DNA of 64,000 bases from Eledone cirrhosa (taxonomy: Eukaryota). The notes beneath the pieces are model-generated. The model made no database searches and was not told the origin of the DNA. It saw only the letters and a list, made by a program, of their open reading frames with translations. The translations under genes were made by a program, and so were the position numbers. Positions 13,438-26,942 of the stretch are shown piece by piece. Within the stretch, counting starts at the first letter, position 1. The number at the start of each line of letters is the position of its first letter. The stretch is from assembly GCA_964016885.1 (NCBI GenBank), contig OZ024748.1:23002001-23066000 (forward strand), given 5' to 3'.

Positions 13438-16400
13438 TTCTTCTGGTTTTATAATTTCACAAAGTTTTACCAATAGAGAGAGAGTCGGTTTCTAACATAG
13501 ACACAAGACTCTCTCATTGGAATTTACACAACATCAACTAGGTAGATATGTATGTATGTCTGCATGCATGTATGTGTAGATATGGATGTTATTGTATGTG
13601 TGGATGTGTATGTTTTGAGTTGTATGTGTACATGTGTATATGCTTTGTATCTGTACATGTGTATATGCAGTTATTAGATGCAATATTTTTGGAATGTTTT
13701 ACATATTTTTACTGTTCCATTAATGGATTGTACTTGTAATTTCCTAACTAGTTGTGTTCTTTCTGTTCCTGTGAAGCCCAGCTTCTCAAGATTTGTATTT
13801 GAGGCAGTTACTAACATATCCCAGTGCCCCAATAATCACAGGCATAAATCTGAAGGTGTAATCAGGGTGGAGTATCTGCAGATTTCTCATCAGTTCTGCA
13901 TAAATATTCTCCTTTTCACTAATCTTTGTTATTATATTGGCATCTGCTGGGCAGCTAATTTCCACTACTGTGCATGTTTTCTTCTCCCTGTCCCATATCA
14001 TAATATCTGGTCTGTTATGCCTGCATTTTATTGGGGTTTTTACTGGAACATTCCACCAGTACTCTTTCATATTATGTACATGGAAGTCTTCCACATTGTT
14101 GTAGCTTTTAATGTGTTTATTATCGGGGGTATCTTTTTTACGAACTGCATTGTACAGTGTTTTGGCCACTACATCATGCCTCATAGGTAGATAGTACCGC
14201 GATGACATCTTTGGGCAGTTGCTGATGACATGGGTGATATCCTCGATGTTAGTTCTGCAGAGTCTGCACTTGTTATCACATCTAGGTGTTTTACCTGCAT
14301 CCCTATCTCTTTTGTGAATCAGGTATTTCGTGCTAATCTCCTGTTCTTGGATTGCAAAAGCGTATCCTTCAAAGTGGGAGCCAATATAGCGGTTGTTGGT
14401 CCAAGATAGACTACTTTCCTTATCTATATTACTCTCACTCTGGAGCTTCCTGGCAACATATCCATGCATGATTTTTTGCTGATAGGCATGCAGTTTTTCA
14501 TCCATGGATTCACTGCGATACTGCTGAGCGACATCCCTGGGTGTGAGTTTTTGATTATCACACAGGGAATATCTCTCAAGGAGTTCCTTCCCAACTCTCA
14601 TGATCTTATCTGTTTCATGCAGATAGACTTGCTCGAGAAGCGGGCTCCTACGCTTCGAGGTTCGTAGATGTTGTCGGAGAGATATGATGCGACATTCAAA
14701 TGTTGTCTGGACTGATGTTAGGCCTCTGCCTCCCTGCTTACGTTTCAAGTAAAGGCGGTCTATGTCACTGTTGATGTGGAAGTTTCCGGTGTTGTTCAGT
14801 ATTTTTCGAGTTCCAACATCAACTGCTCGGATTTCGTCTATCGTCCAATTGAGTATTCCAAACGTTGGTGTTAGGACAGGCACAGCAAACACATTGTGAG
14901 CCACTGTTTTGTTTTGCGCAGAGAGTTCCGATGACCAGATCTTTCTTAATCGGGTGTAGTATTCCCTGGTTACGCGTTCTTTATTACAGATACCATTATA
15001 GGATATGTTCTCATCTATCCCCAGGTATCTGTAGCAGTCCTCATCAGATATCGGTGAAACAGTTAGACCATTGATGACAATGTTGCTAGATTGGGTTGTT
15101 GTTTTTCCCCACTTTACAGTCATGTATGAGCATTTATCTTGGCCAAACCCCATTCCTATATCCTTTGAGAACGTTGAAACCAGGTCAAGATTTTTCTTCA
15201 TCCCATCCATGTTCTTGGCATAGAGTTTCAGATCGTCCACAAAGAAGTTATGGGTTAGGTTCGTATTTCTGTCCTGTGAGCCAATGATGTATCCCTCACA
15301 TTTCTTGAACAGAAAGGACAAGGGGTTTAATGACAAGATGAACAATATCACAGAGAGACTGTCCCCCTGAAATATACCCCTGCAATATTTTATTTTATCA
15401 GTGAAAATAGAGTCCTCCCTCTCTGTCTTTAACCTTAGGATAGTAGCCCAAGAAGAAGACAGCCTCTCTATGGCTCTGACAATAATGTCTGGGACTTTAG
15501 CAAGTTGGAGGGCCTCTATCATCCAAGAGTGGGGAACAGAATCGAAAGCTTTCTTGTAGTCCAGCCAGACTGTAGTCATATCCCTTCTAAGTTGTCGCAC
15601 CTCCGACATCGCAGTTTTGTTGATTAGGAGTTGTTCAACACATCCCCAAACCCTTTTCTTTCCAGCTGCTTGTTCATCTGTGATGATGTTATTATTTTCA
15701 CAGTGATCTTGGAGGAATAGGTTGAGGCAGGCTGTATACATCTTATACATCAGGTTCTGGCATGCAATGGGTCGGTAGTTTTTTGCCAAGTGGGTGCCTT
15801 TGTTCTTGGGGACCAGTAACGTTTGTGCTAATGTCAACCATTCTGGTATAAGTGTATCTCCCTTAAGAACTTGTTGGTAGAGGTCAGTAAGATACCTCCG
15901 ATAGAATATTAGTTTTTTGTACCAGTAGCCGACAATCATATCTCTTCCTGGTGTTTTCTTATCTTGGAGTTTTCCTATCACAGTCTCAAGGGTAGCCTCA
16001 CTTATTTCGTATGTTTTTGTTGTAGTGTAGGAGCAATAGTTCTTTCGGATTTTTCTTAGCCACACTGCATCTTGGTTGAAATTCTTCTTTTCACCCCATA
16101 TTTTTCTCCAAAAGGAATCTATGTCTTTCTGGGTTGGGGCCTCAGTGACACTTATTATTTTGCCTTTCATATCTCTATAGACTGATGTTTGGTTTCGTCT
16201 GAATCTTTTATTAAGCATTTTTCTCTCATCTACCTTCTTCAGGTATCGGCGTTTTTCGCTAACAGCTCTCAATTCTTGTTTGAGGGTGATCAGCTTATAT
16301 TGGAGAGTTCTGGTTCTACTGTTACCAAACATCGTCTCTATTTTATTTTTCACTCTTTGTTGGTGAGGAGTGAGGTTTTTTGTGTTTGTTTGCATGTAAG

Positions 16401-17549
16401 GAGCATTATCACATGTCCTATGTTTTTTCGTAGGTCAGCACTCTTTTTTTTCTATTTTAATTATATATGATGGTATTTTTGGTGGTGTTTTGTTCTTGTT
16501 AATATCTCTGCTATCACCAAGATAATGCTTCACTGTCATTACTAAGGCATATAAACAGGCGTTGATTTGCCAAAATGTTGGGGTTTTTATCCGTCGTAAA
16601 TATTCATCCCCTATTTCGTCAATAACACGTAGTATTTCATTATTTGGTTTTTTATTCACCATTGTCATTTTAACACGTTCGGCCAGAGAGATATTTATAC
16701 ATGAGTTAATTTCTCTCTGGAAGATTTCGTTGAGGGAAATTTTCAATTGTTTATACTTTTGATTATCGATAGTATTTTCCACAACAGTCGAGGTATACTC
16801 GGATGGTATACGTGGTGTCACATTTATTCGATTATTATTATTATTTCTTCGATTATTATTATTATCGATAGTGTTTTCCCCAGCATTCGAGGTAGACTTA
16901 GATGGTACAGGCATAGTTGTTTCAAGGCGCTGTTCGACCTGGCTGCTAGGAAGTCTAGTAGCATGGCGATCTGTAGCACGTGTTGTTGATTCCATGTTTG
17001 TTGTGGGGGACTTACAATTAATAATATTTATCTTATTTTTACGTTCAACAAACGTCGCTTGTTGGCGTAATTGTTTCGCTGTGAAATAATTTAGATCTGG
17101 GTGCATTTCGTCCCAGTGTAGCTTCATTCTATTCATATAGCCAATGGAGGGATTGTTTTTTGCCATTTTATAACAATTAAATAAATAATTATTAAGTTCG
17201 CAACTCCAAGAGAAATGCGATTTATAATTTCGGTTTCTTCTGTAGCTACAACTGAATAACGTTTGATTACCTTCTTTGTTATTTGTCTTCGATACTTCCT
17301 TAATTTTCTTGTTGATGTTGTGTTCAGCCATACTGTTTGTAGCAAATCCTTGTAAAATGAATTATGTATTTAGTCGGATATCTCTACGAATTCGAATAAA
17401 AGGTGTCTTCAGAAGGGATAGTTAGAAGAATAACCAGTTATTCAACCTGGCTGTAGTTGCGGCATTACTGTCGGAGATAGTATTCATCTTAAATTTAATA
17501 AATAGTCTCCCACGCCAAAATATGCGACTGATCGCGTTGACTGACTTAC
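13438..17549 (-). mobile_element. Near full-length R4/Dong-clade non-LTR retrotransposon (RT plus restriction-like endonuclease)
   Basis: Single ORF broken by two frameshifts; 3' UTR followed by (CATA)n in element sense. Confidence 0.9.
13674..17331 (-). pseudogene. R4/Dong polyprotein: N-terminal Myb-like region, RT, CCHC finger, PD-(D/E)xK endonuclease
   Basis: NYRPIAC, WLDYKKAFDSVPH, GIFQGDSLS, FFVDD, CRLC..ITHVISNC, RHD, RPDI..VVEISCP..K; frameshifts near 16440 (T-run) and near 13795; C-terminus continues EKLGF..KTFQKYCI*. Confidence 0.9.
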
Positions 17550-17559
17550 GTATGTATGT

Positions 17560-18092
17560 TTTCTCCTTCTCTTAATTTCGAGTATATTTTTTTGACCGGC
17601 CACCTTCCTGGTGGCAAGGTTGTAAAAGAAAATAAATTGTCATCCCTTGAATCGCAATAATGTTTTGCAAATTTTGAAGGTGCCAGCTATCGCAGCCATT
17701 TGTAGACTATGAATTAGGGAGCTGCGCTTTTTGTCCGCAAATCCAAGTTCAGTCATACTTTGGTCCAAGCGGGTTGGTATATAACCCGTAGCTCCAATAA
17801 TGATGGGTATGAAGCTAAAGGTGTATCTTGGATACTGGATTTGTTAACTCCTCATCAATGGTCCGTAGATGTCCTCCTTCTCCTGTATTTTTCTGACAAC
17901 GTTTACATCAAGTGGGCAACTGATCTCCACAACAGAACAGGTTTTCAATGTGTAGTCCCAAACTACAATATCAGGCTGGTTGTGCTTTAATTTGGTGGCA
18001 GTTTTTATTTTCAGGTTCCACCAGTATTCCTTAGTGCCATCTGTCTCAATATATTCTTCCTCGTTTGTTGTTAATTTTGTTTTCCGAAGTGT
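17560..18092 (-). mobile_element. 5'-truncated second R4/Dong-like LINE (endonuclease domain and 3' UTR)
   Basis: EYWWNLKIKTATKLKHNQPDIVVWD..VVEISCP; frame ends KTLLRFKG* near 17641; CATACATAC tail at 17550-17558. Confidence 0.85.
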
Positions 18093-18411
18093 GTTGTATG
18101 TGTGTATGTATGTATGTATGATTGTATGTATGATGGTATGTATGTATGAATGTATGTATGTATGTTCGTATGTAAGTATGTATGTGTATATGTATGTATG
18201 TATGTATATATGTGTGTTTTGTATGTATGCATGCACGTATGTATGTATGTATATTTGTATGTATATATGTATTTATGTATATGTATTATGTATATATGTG
18301 TGTATATATGTTCGTACATATGTATGAATGTGTGTACGTATGTATGCATGCATGTATGTATGTATGTATGTATGTATGTATGTATGTATGTATGTATGTA
18401 TGTATTTATGT

Positions 18412-19017
18412 CAGGTCACCAGTTGGTGCTACTGGTAACATGTATCCCAGTACAACCTGTCCCATGGTCGGGTCGTTGGCGACTAAACTGGCAACCCCAC
18501 CAAGGTTTCTTGGTGAGGAGGGTGACTTTGGACATCCTGCAGGACTAAAAACAAAACCTGTCAAAGGGCAAAGGAGCTCTTAAGAGTCAATGGCCATCCA
18601 AAATCACCGGGAGAGATGACCCCTTAGCCTTTGTCAAGGCAGAATTCTAGGAGAAGGAAAACTCTGATATAACACCTGCAACCCTGATGGTATCCAATGA
18701 TGTTGACTTGTTCTTCTTTTTGGTAAATATCATCTTGGTTAAGAGAGTGGGACTGGCTTTGTGCAGTGCCTTTGCTCACTATAAAAGCTTCACGGCACAG
18801 GCATTGCTTTATATCTGGAGATCTCTCTGCACTTGTCGTCACATGGTACCATGGGCCCAGCACTATGTGTCAGTAATTGTCACAAGTGTAGTGTTTGTAC
18901 CAGAGTTTTCAAGTCGCTGGCTGGACTAAAAAGTCACACTCGTTCAGCGCATCGGTAGGGGTTCTCCTACATGGATATAAAGTAGTGGCCGTACTCGAAA
19001 ACGAGTTGGCAGCCACC
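18412..19017 (+). mobile_element. 606-bp non-coding element embedded in (TATG)n, copy 2
   Basis: About 13 substitutions relative to copy 1, counted by eye. Confidence 0.75.
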
Positions 19018-19192
19018 ATGTATGTATGTATGTATGTATGTATGTATGTATGTATGTATGTATGTATGTATGTATGTATGTATGTATGTATGTATATACG
19101 TACGTACGTACGTACGTATGTATGTATGTATGTATGTATGTATGAATGTGTGTACGTATGTATGCATGCATGCATGTATGTATGTATATATG

Positions 19193-19224
<32 letters not shown>

Positions 19225-20062
19225 TGTATGTATGTATGTATGTATGTATGTATGTATGTATATACGTACGTACGTATGTATGTACGTATGATGTATGTAT
19301 GTATGTATGTATGTATGTATGTATGTATGTATGTATATACGTACGTACGTACGTATGTATGTATGATGTGTGTATGTATCTATGTATATATGTATGTATG
19401 CATATACGTACGTACGTATGTACGTATGTATGTGTGTATGTATGTATATATGTATGCATGTATGTATATACGTACGTACGTATATACGTATGTATGCATG
19501 TATGTATGTATCTAAGTATATGCGTACATACGTATGTATGTATGTATGTATGTATGTATGTATGTATGTATGTATGTATGTATGTATGCATGTATGCATG
19601 TATGCATGTATGTATGTATGTATGTATGTATGTATGTATGTATGTATGTATGTACGTATATACGTATGTATGTATGTACGTATGTATGTATGTATGTCTG
19701 TATGTATGTATGTATGTATGTATGTATGTATGTATGTATGTATGTATGCATATACGTACGTACGTATGCATGTATGTATGTATGTATGTGTGTATGTATG
19801 TATATATGTATGCATGTATGTATATACGTATGTATGCATGTATGTATGTATCTAAGTATATACGCACGTATGTATGTATGTATGCATGCATGCATGTATG
19901 TATGTACGTATATACGTATGTATGTATGTATGTATGTATGTATGTATGTATGTATGTATGTATGTATGTATGTATGTATGTATGTATGTACGTATATACG
20001 CATGTATGTATGTATGTATGTATGTATGTATGTATGTATGTATGTATGTATGTATGTATGTA

Positions 20063-20098
<36 letters not shown>

Positions 20099-20225
20099 TG
20101 TATGTATGTATGTATGTACGTATATACGTATGTATGTATGTATGTATGTATGTATGTATGTATGTATGTATGTATGTATGTATGTATGTATATATATATA
20201 TGTATGTATATATGTATGTGTGTAT
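19018..20225. repeat. Long (TATG)n/(TACG)n microsatellite
   Basis: Direct reading. Confidence 0.95.
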
Positions 20226-20410
20226 ATAGGTGTGTGTTCGTGTATAATCCAAAACATTGCCAATATCCGCCCCAATATCGTGCAACTCTCCCAATCTCGC
20301 GTGAACGGATATCTGTAATTTCTCACTTCATTTCTACCTGTGGCGTGTATGTCTCTCTTCGACCGCATCTATTTAATTGTTTATCTATGTACATACTAGA
20401 AATGGAAGAT

Positions 20411-20555
<145 letters not shown>

Positions 20556-20606
20556 GGAAAAGAATGAAACAAAATTTCATTTCTCACTCTTAGTACGGCT
20601 GATACT

Positions 20607-20646
<40 letters not shown>

Positions 20647-20705
20647 AATATACATGCATACATCATATTATATATACATAAATATACATGCATACACACA
20701 CAACT

Positions 20706-20743
<38 letters not shown>

Positions 20744-20795
20744 CATAGATACATACACATATACACATATAAATGTATATATATAAATATACATA

Positions 20796-20865
<70 letters not shown>

Positions 20866-20930
20866 AATGCATATATATACATATTCTTGCATATATTCAT
20901 ATATACCAACACATACATACACACACACAC

Positions 20931-20979
<49 letters not shown>

Positions 20980-21142
20980 TATATATATTTATATACTATG
21001 TATAATTACATAAACATGTATATAGATATATATCAATACATACACCCACGTCTTCCGTTCTTTTTCGTGCTACCAAATTCCAGGCTATAACTATGGAAAA
21101 GGAATTCTGAATTTTTTTTCAGCTTCATTAAATATGAGCGTG

Positions 21143-21972
21143 CGTGTGCATGTATTTGTGTGTGTATTTGTGTTGGGTGTGTGCATGTATTTTTGTGTGT
21201 ATTTGTGTGTGTATTTGTGTTGGGTGTGTGCATGTATTTTTGTGTGTATTTGTGTGTGTATTTGTGTTGGGCGTGTGCATGTATTTGTGCATGTATTTGT
21301 GTGTGTATTTGTGTTGGGTGTGTGCATGTATTTGTGCATGTATTTGGGTGTGTTCATGTATTTGTGTGTGTATTTGTGTTGGGTGTGTGCATGTATTTTT
21401 GTGTGTATTTGTGTTGGGTGTGTGCATGTATTTTTGTGTGTATTTGTGTGTGTATTTGTGTTGGGCGTGTGCATGTATTTGTGCATGTATTTGTGTGTGT
21501 ATTTGTGTTGGGCGTGTGCATGTATTTGTGCATGTATTTGTGTGTGTATTTGTGTTGGGTGTGTGCATGTATTTGTGCATGTATTTGTGTGTGTATTTGT
21601 GTTGGGTGTGTGCATGTATTTTTGTGTGTATTTGTGTGTGTATTTGTGTTGGGCGTGTGCATGTATTTGTGCATGTATTTGTGTATGTATTTGTGTTGGG
21701 TGTGTGCATGTATTTGTGCATGTATTTGTGTGTGTATTTGTGTTGGGTGTGTGCATGTATTTTTGTGTGTATTTGTGTGTGTATTTGTGTTGGGCGTGTG
21801 CATGTATTTGTGCATGTATTTGTGTGTGTATTTGTGTTGGGTATGTGCATGTATTTGTGTGTGTATTTGTGTTGGGTATGTGCATGTATTTGTGCATGTA
21901 TTTGTGTATGTATTTGTGTTGGGTGTGTGCATTTATTTTTTGTGTGTATTTGTGTGTGTATTTGTTTGTGTG
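21143..21972. repeat. Minisatellite built from about 12-bp GT-rich subunits (GTGCATGTATTT / GTGTGTGTATTT / GTGTTGGGTGT)
   Basis: Direct reading. Confidence 0.9.
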
Positions 21973-22297
21973 GGATTGTAACAAAACTTCCGTTAGAGAC
22001 ACTTAAAATCTAAAAACTGCAAACAAGGGAGAAAATTCCTATAATTTAAGCCAATGTATTGCGTCGTCAAGAATGAAATTTGTAGTGAGGCATATGGTCA
22101 TATGTTTTTTTTCTACAAATTTCATAATTGACAACCTAATAATATTTGGAAAATAAGGACAAAGTATTTCAGAGCTGTTTTCTTACCAAGAAGAGGCAAA
22201 GCAGTCACCATATTTTAACATAGGATTAATAATTCTTGTAATCGACTGATTTTATGGTTAATTCTGCAAGGAGGCAAATATTTCCTATTAATGTTGC

Positions 22298-23520
22298 TGT
22301 GGATTGGCAGTATCGGTAGAGGGGCGGACGCCATGCTTTGCAGCATGGAGTTACGGCCCTTTACGGCCTGAGTTCTAATCCTCCGAGGTTATCTTTGCCT
22401 TTCATCCTTACTGGGTCGATAAAATAAAGTACCAGTCACGTACTGGGGGTCGATTTAATCGACTCTTCCCTCCCCCCAAATTACTGGCCTTGTGTTTATA
22501 CTAGAAATCATTATTGCGGTGGATTGGCAGTATCAGTGGAGGGTCGGAGAACATGCTTTGTGGGACCTCCGTCGATACCAACGACGAGTATTATAGATGG
22601 TTGATCACCGGAACACTCGTCGGAAGACCAATAATATACACACATACATATATATATGTATGTGTTTGCAACATTCTTTGTGGCATATAGTTATGTCCCT
22701 TTACGTTCTGAGTTCAAGCCGCCGAGGTTAGCTTTGCCTTTCATATATACGGGGTCGATAAATAAAGCACCAGTAATGCACTGGGGTCAATTTAATCGAC
22801 ATTCTCTTTCCCCAAAATTGCTGGTCTTGTGCCAAAAGTAGAAACAATTATTATTATTATTACTAGAGCGTTGGCAGAATCGGTAGAACTTCAGACAACA
22901 AGCTTTGTGGCATAGAGTTACGGCCCTTTACGTTCTGAGTTCAAATCCCGCTGAGGTTAGCTTTGCCATTTATCCTTACGGGGTCGATAAAATAAAGTAC
23001 CAGTAATGTACTGCGCCGATTTAATCGACTTTTCCTTTCCCCCAAATTGTTGGCCTTGTGCCTAAATCAGAAATCCTTACGAGGTCGATAACATAAAGTA
23101 CCAGTGGTGCACTGGGGGGTAATCGCTGGCCTTGTGCCAAAAGTAGAAACGGCCCTTTACGTTCTGAGTTCAAATCCCGCCGAGGTTAACTTTGCCTTTC
23201 ATCCTTACGCGGTCGATAAAATAAAGTACCAGTAATACACTGGATTAATTGCTAGCCTTGTGCCAAAAAGTAGAAACAATTATTATTACTATTGGTGGAT
23301 TGGCAAAATCGGTAGAGCGTCGGACACCATGCTTTGTGGCATATAGTTATGTCCCTTTAGGTTCTGAGTTCAAATCCCGCCGATGTGAGCTTTGCCTTTC
23401 ATCATTACGGGGTCGATAAAATAAAATACCAGTAACGCACTGGGGTCAATTAAATCGACTCCTCCCCCCTTCTCTTCAAATTGCTGGCCTTGTGCCAAAA
23501 GTAAAAACAATTATTGTTAT
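22298..23520 (+). mobile_element. Cluster of about 7 co-oriented full and partial SINE family A copies
   Basis: Copies start near 22298, 22516, 22680, 22866, 23076, 23150 and 23294; several are joined through ATT-rich tails. Confidence 0.85.
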
Positions 23521-23733
23521 CATCCTCATTATCAGAATTAGCATTAAAATTATTTATATTAGTGTCGATGGCTGTACACTTCCCTGCCAATTGCGGTCAC
23601 TATGACTCACAGTACACCTGTTACTGTCACACACACACACACACACACAGACAGACACACAGACAGACACACAGACACACACACACACACAGACACACAC
23701 ACACACACAGACACACACAGACACACACACACA

Positions 23734-23784
<51 letters not shown>

Positions 23785-23917
23785 ATATACACACACAGAC
23801 AGACACACAGACAGACACACAGACACACAGACACACAGACACACACACACACACACATACACACACACACACACATAGACACATACACACACACACATAC
23901 ACCCACCCAGACCCACA

Positions 23918-23949
<32 letters not shown>

Positions 23950-23981
23950 GACACACACACACACACACAGACAGAGAGACC

Positions 23982-24018
<37 letters not shown>

Positions 24019-24334
24019 GTATGTACATACACGCACATATATATAACCACATGCATATACCTACATGTAGATATACTATGTATATATATATGTGTGTGTG
24101 TGTATGTGTGTATGTATGCATGTATATATATGTGTGTGTGTATGTATGTATCTTATGTATGTATATGCACACACACACACACATATTGTACATTCTACAT
24201 GATGTATATATAGATCAAACAATATATAAATGTCAACCCAGAACTGCTTAATTTTTCTCGTACTCCCCAAGGAAATTAGATTTTGTTTGTTGTCGCTGCT
24301 GTAGTTGAGTTTGTGGGTATGATAGCAGTAACAA

Positions 24335-24407
<73 letters not shown>

Positions 24408-24508
24408 GGTGGTGGTAGTAGTAGTAGGCGTTGTTGGTATTTATGTTTGTTTTTTTACAAAAACTAAAATGACACTGCTCTGAACTAAAGATATTCAGAT
24501 TTCATAAT

Positions 24509-24785
24509 AGAATGGACCCCCGTCGCTTTCGAAGATGAACATTCCAGTTGTTCGATCAATGGAACTGACTGCTCATAAAATGAACGTGTAAGTGACTGAA
24601 CATTCCACAGACACGTGTACCCAGTAAAAATAAGGATGAACCACACTGCGACATAGCTGGTCCTTTGAATTACAGGTACAGCCCGTGCGACATGTTTTTA
24701 AACAGTTTTTCACTATCCAGTTTCACACATAAGGTATGGGTCGTCTCGAGGTTATTGATAAATGACATTCGTCAAACATACCAAC
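24509..24785 (+). repeat. Dispersed repeat family C (SINE-like body)
   Basis: CCACAGACACGTGTACCC and GCTGGTCCTTTGAATTACAGGTAC shared with 31580-31870 (plus), 35815-35960 (minus) and 36555-36608 (minus). Confidence 0.7.
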
Positions 24786-25157
24786 GGATAATATTATTGA
24801 ATAAAGTGACAAGAGACCGGAAAGTTGAAATTCCTTTAAAGTTTATATATATAAATCTCCAAACATCCGTGGAACTTACCAACTTTTCAACCATCCTCTT
24901 ACACCATCACCTATATAACTCACCCACACAGACACCCCAAAAATAAAAAAAATTTTTTATCCACACGCCACCCACACCCACAACACGCTTAAACCACACA
25001 CACGTGCTTCCCACCACATATTTACACCCTCAGCCTCCTGATTCCTCTCCCCCCACCCCCTATCCACACACGCACAGACACTCCGACCCACAAAAACACC
25101 CCCCACACACACACCTTCCTGAACATGCAACCCCGTTCTTCCCCCAACCCTCACTTT

Positions 25158-25210
<53 letters not shown>

Positions 25211-25640
25211 CTAACCACACACACCACCTTCAGCCCTCCCCGCTCGGACATCCCGTCTCCCTCTCCCCACTCCACCCGCCACCACCCCTACTCACCCCAC
25301 ACCCTTCCACCACCTGTTTACCCCCCTTTTAATTTCAGTTTATTTTGATCATGCCTTTATTTTTAAATTTTCTCATTCCTTGTATTTTGATCATGCCTTA
25401 TTTTTATTTATTATATTTTTTGTCTTTATTTGTTAATTTTTCATTCGCACCGTTTCCTTTCGCTATATGTCTCTCCACCACTCCCCTACACACCTTTTGA
25501 ACTCTGTTCCCACACACTTCTCACCTGAAGAAGGGCTTATGCCCGAAACGTCGCCCCCCACCTACCCACCACTCTCCTGAGCGTGAATTTAATAAACATT
25601 TATTGTACTGCCTCTCTGTTCTTTCCCTGTTCAATTTTTC

Positions 25641-25677
<37 letters not shown>

Positions 25678-25755
25678 TAGACCCCAGGACGTCCTCGGGT
25701 CTATGATTTTCAGCCCCATGGATTTTATCTGTTACATTCATTTATTATATTTCGA

Positions 25756-25813
25756 ATACCTGATGATATCACCGGATTCATACGGAACCCGGTCATTGAA
25801 ATGATCATAGTAT
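25756..25813 (+). ncRNA. Type I hammerhead ribozyme motif
   Basis: AUAC-CUGAUGA-stem II (ACCGG..CCGGU)-GAAA-UGAUCA-UA-GUAU; palindromic stem III; AATAAA immediately downstream. Confidence 0.7.
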
Positions 25814-26361
25814 AATAAACCTTACAAGGATTTACACAAGTCCAGTCTCCTGTTATTTTATTATAATATTTAACTCTGTACTCGCACCACCAACTACACA
25901 AACGAAGACGGTTGAGCTGCTTTACGTTGAGTACTCTCCATATTATTACATCAAGATTGACCATACGGAATTGACCAGCTCTATCCAGTGGTGAACCTTC
26001 AAACCTAAATATATATATATATATTGTTATACTTGGGGAGGGGCATATTTGTGTAATATTGCCAGAATTAATAACAGAACACACTCACTGTTTGGTTGGT
26101 TTTCGCTTCTCGCTTCTGTGTCTTTTATATCGGTAATCTAATATACTCGGTCCTCAATGTTGCCATTGACTGACCGGCGGTCAAAAATAATACAGATACA
26201 ATATAGATACAAACACATATATATAGTTTATCATAAATCTTTCGTTGCAAATCTGCAACATCGTCAGTGGTGCTATATTTTCCTCCTGTTGTATTGTATG
26301 TCTACGCCATTTTTATTCAATATTTGTTTCAACACACGATTTCATATAAAAAACCTCGCAA

Positions 26362-26416
<55 letters not shown>

Positions 26417-26502
26417 CTTTAAAGGAATTTCAACTTTCCAGCCTCTTGTCACTTTATTCAATAATATATATATATATATTACATAATATACAACACAATT
26501 AT

Positions 26503-26571
26503 TTCATTACCGAAGGTTTCAAGAAACTAGATGATTCTTGTAAGGAACATCTAGTTCATTCGTCAGACGAA
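26503..26571 (-). ncRNA. Type I hammerhead ribozyme motif
   Basis: UUCGU-CUGACGA-stem II (AACUAGAUG..CAUCUAGUU)-GAAA-CC UUC GG-UA-AUGAA. Confidence 0.7.
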
Positions 26572-26744
26572 TAATTATATTGTGTTGTTTATTATGTAAT
26601 CAAATAGCTCTGTACAATACATAGAGCACTCTTTTTCCTTTACCTTTTCTACGGAAATACTTAAAACACACACACACACATACACACACAAACACACAAA
26701 CACACACCCGCTCTGATCGATCGACAAAATCCCAAACCTCATTC

Positions 26745-26942
26745 ACTTGCCAAGTGCGGTGGACCTCGTCAAATCGGAAGTAGGAAACATTGTTTTCATT
26801 GGTCTTTCCATTGCTGATACTATCTATTGGTTGACACTCCTGGCAGGAGAAGCAACGTGAAATAAAGTGTCTTCTTCAAGGAAACAACGCATTTGAACTC
26901 GCAACCTAACGATTGCGAATCCAACTCTCTAACCACTAACCT
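26745..26942 (-). mobile_element. tRNA-derived SINE family B, diverged
   Basis: Reverse-complement homology to 41224-41438 and 59623-59842. Confidence 0.7.

Noticed and set aside
12773-19017. LTR retrotransposon (direct repeats flanking an RT)
   Set aside because: The RT is non-LTR R4-type; there is no integrase, protease, PBS or PPT; the repeats are separated from the LINE by microsatellite and a second LINE fragment.
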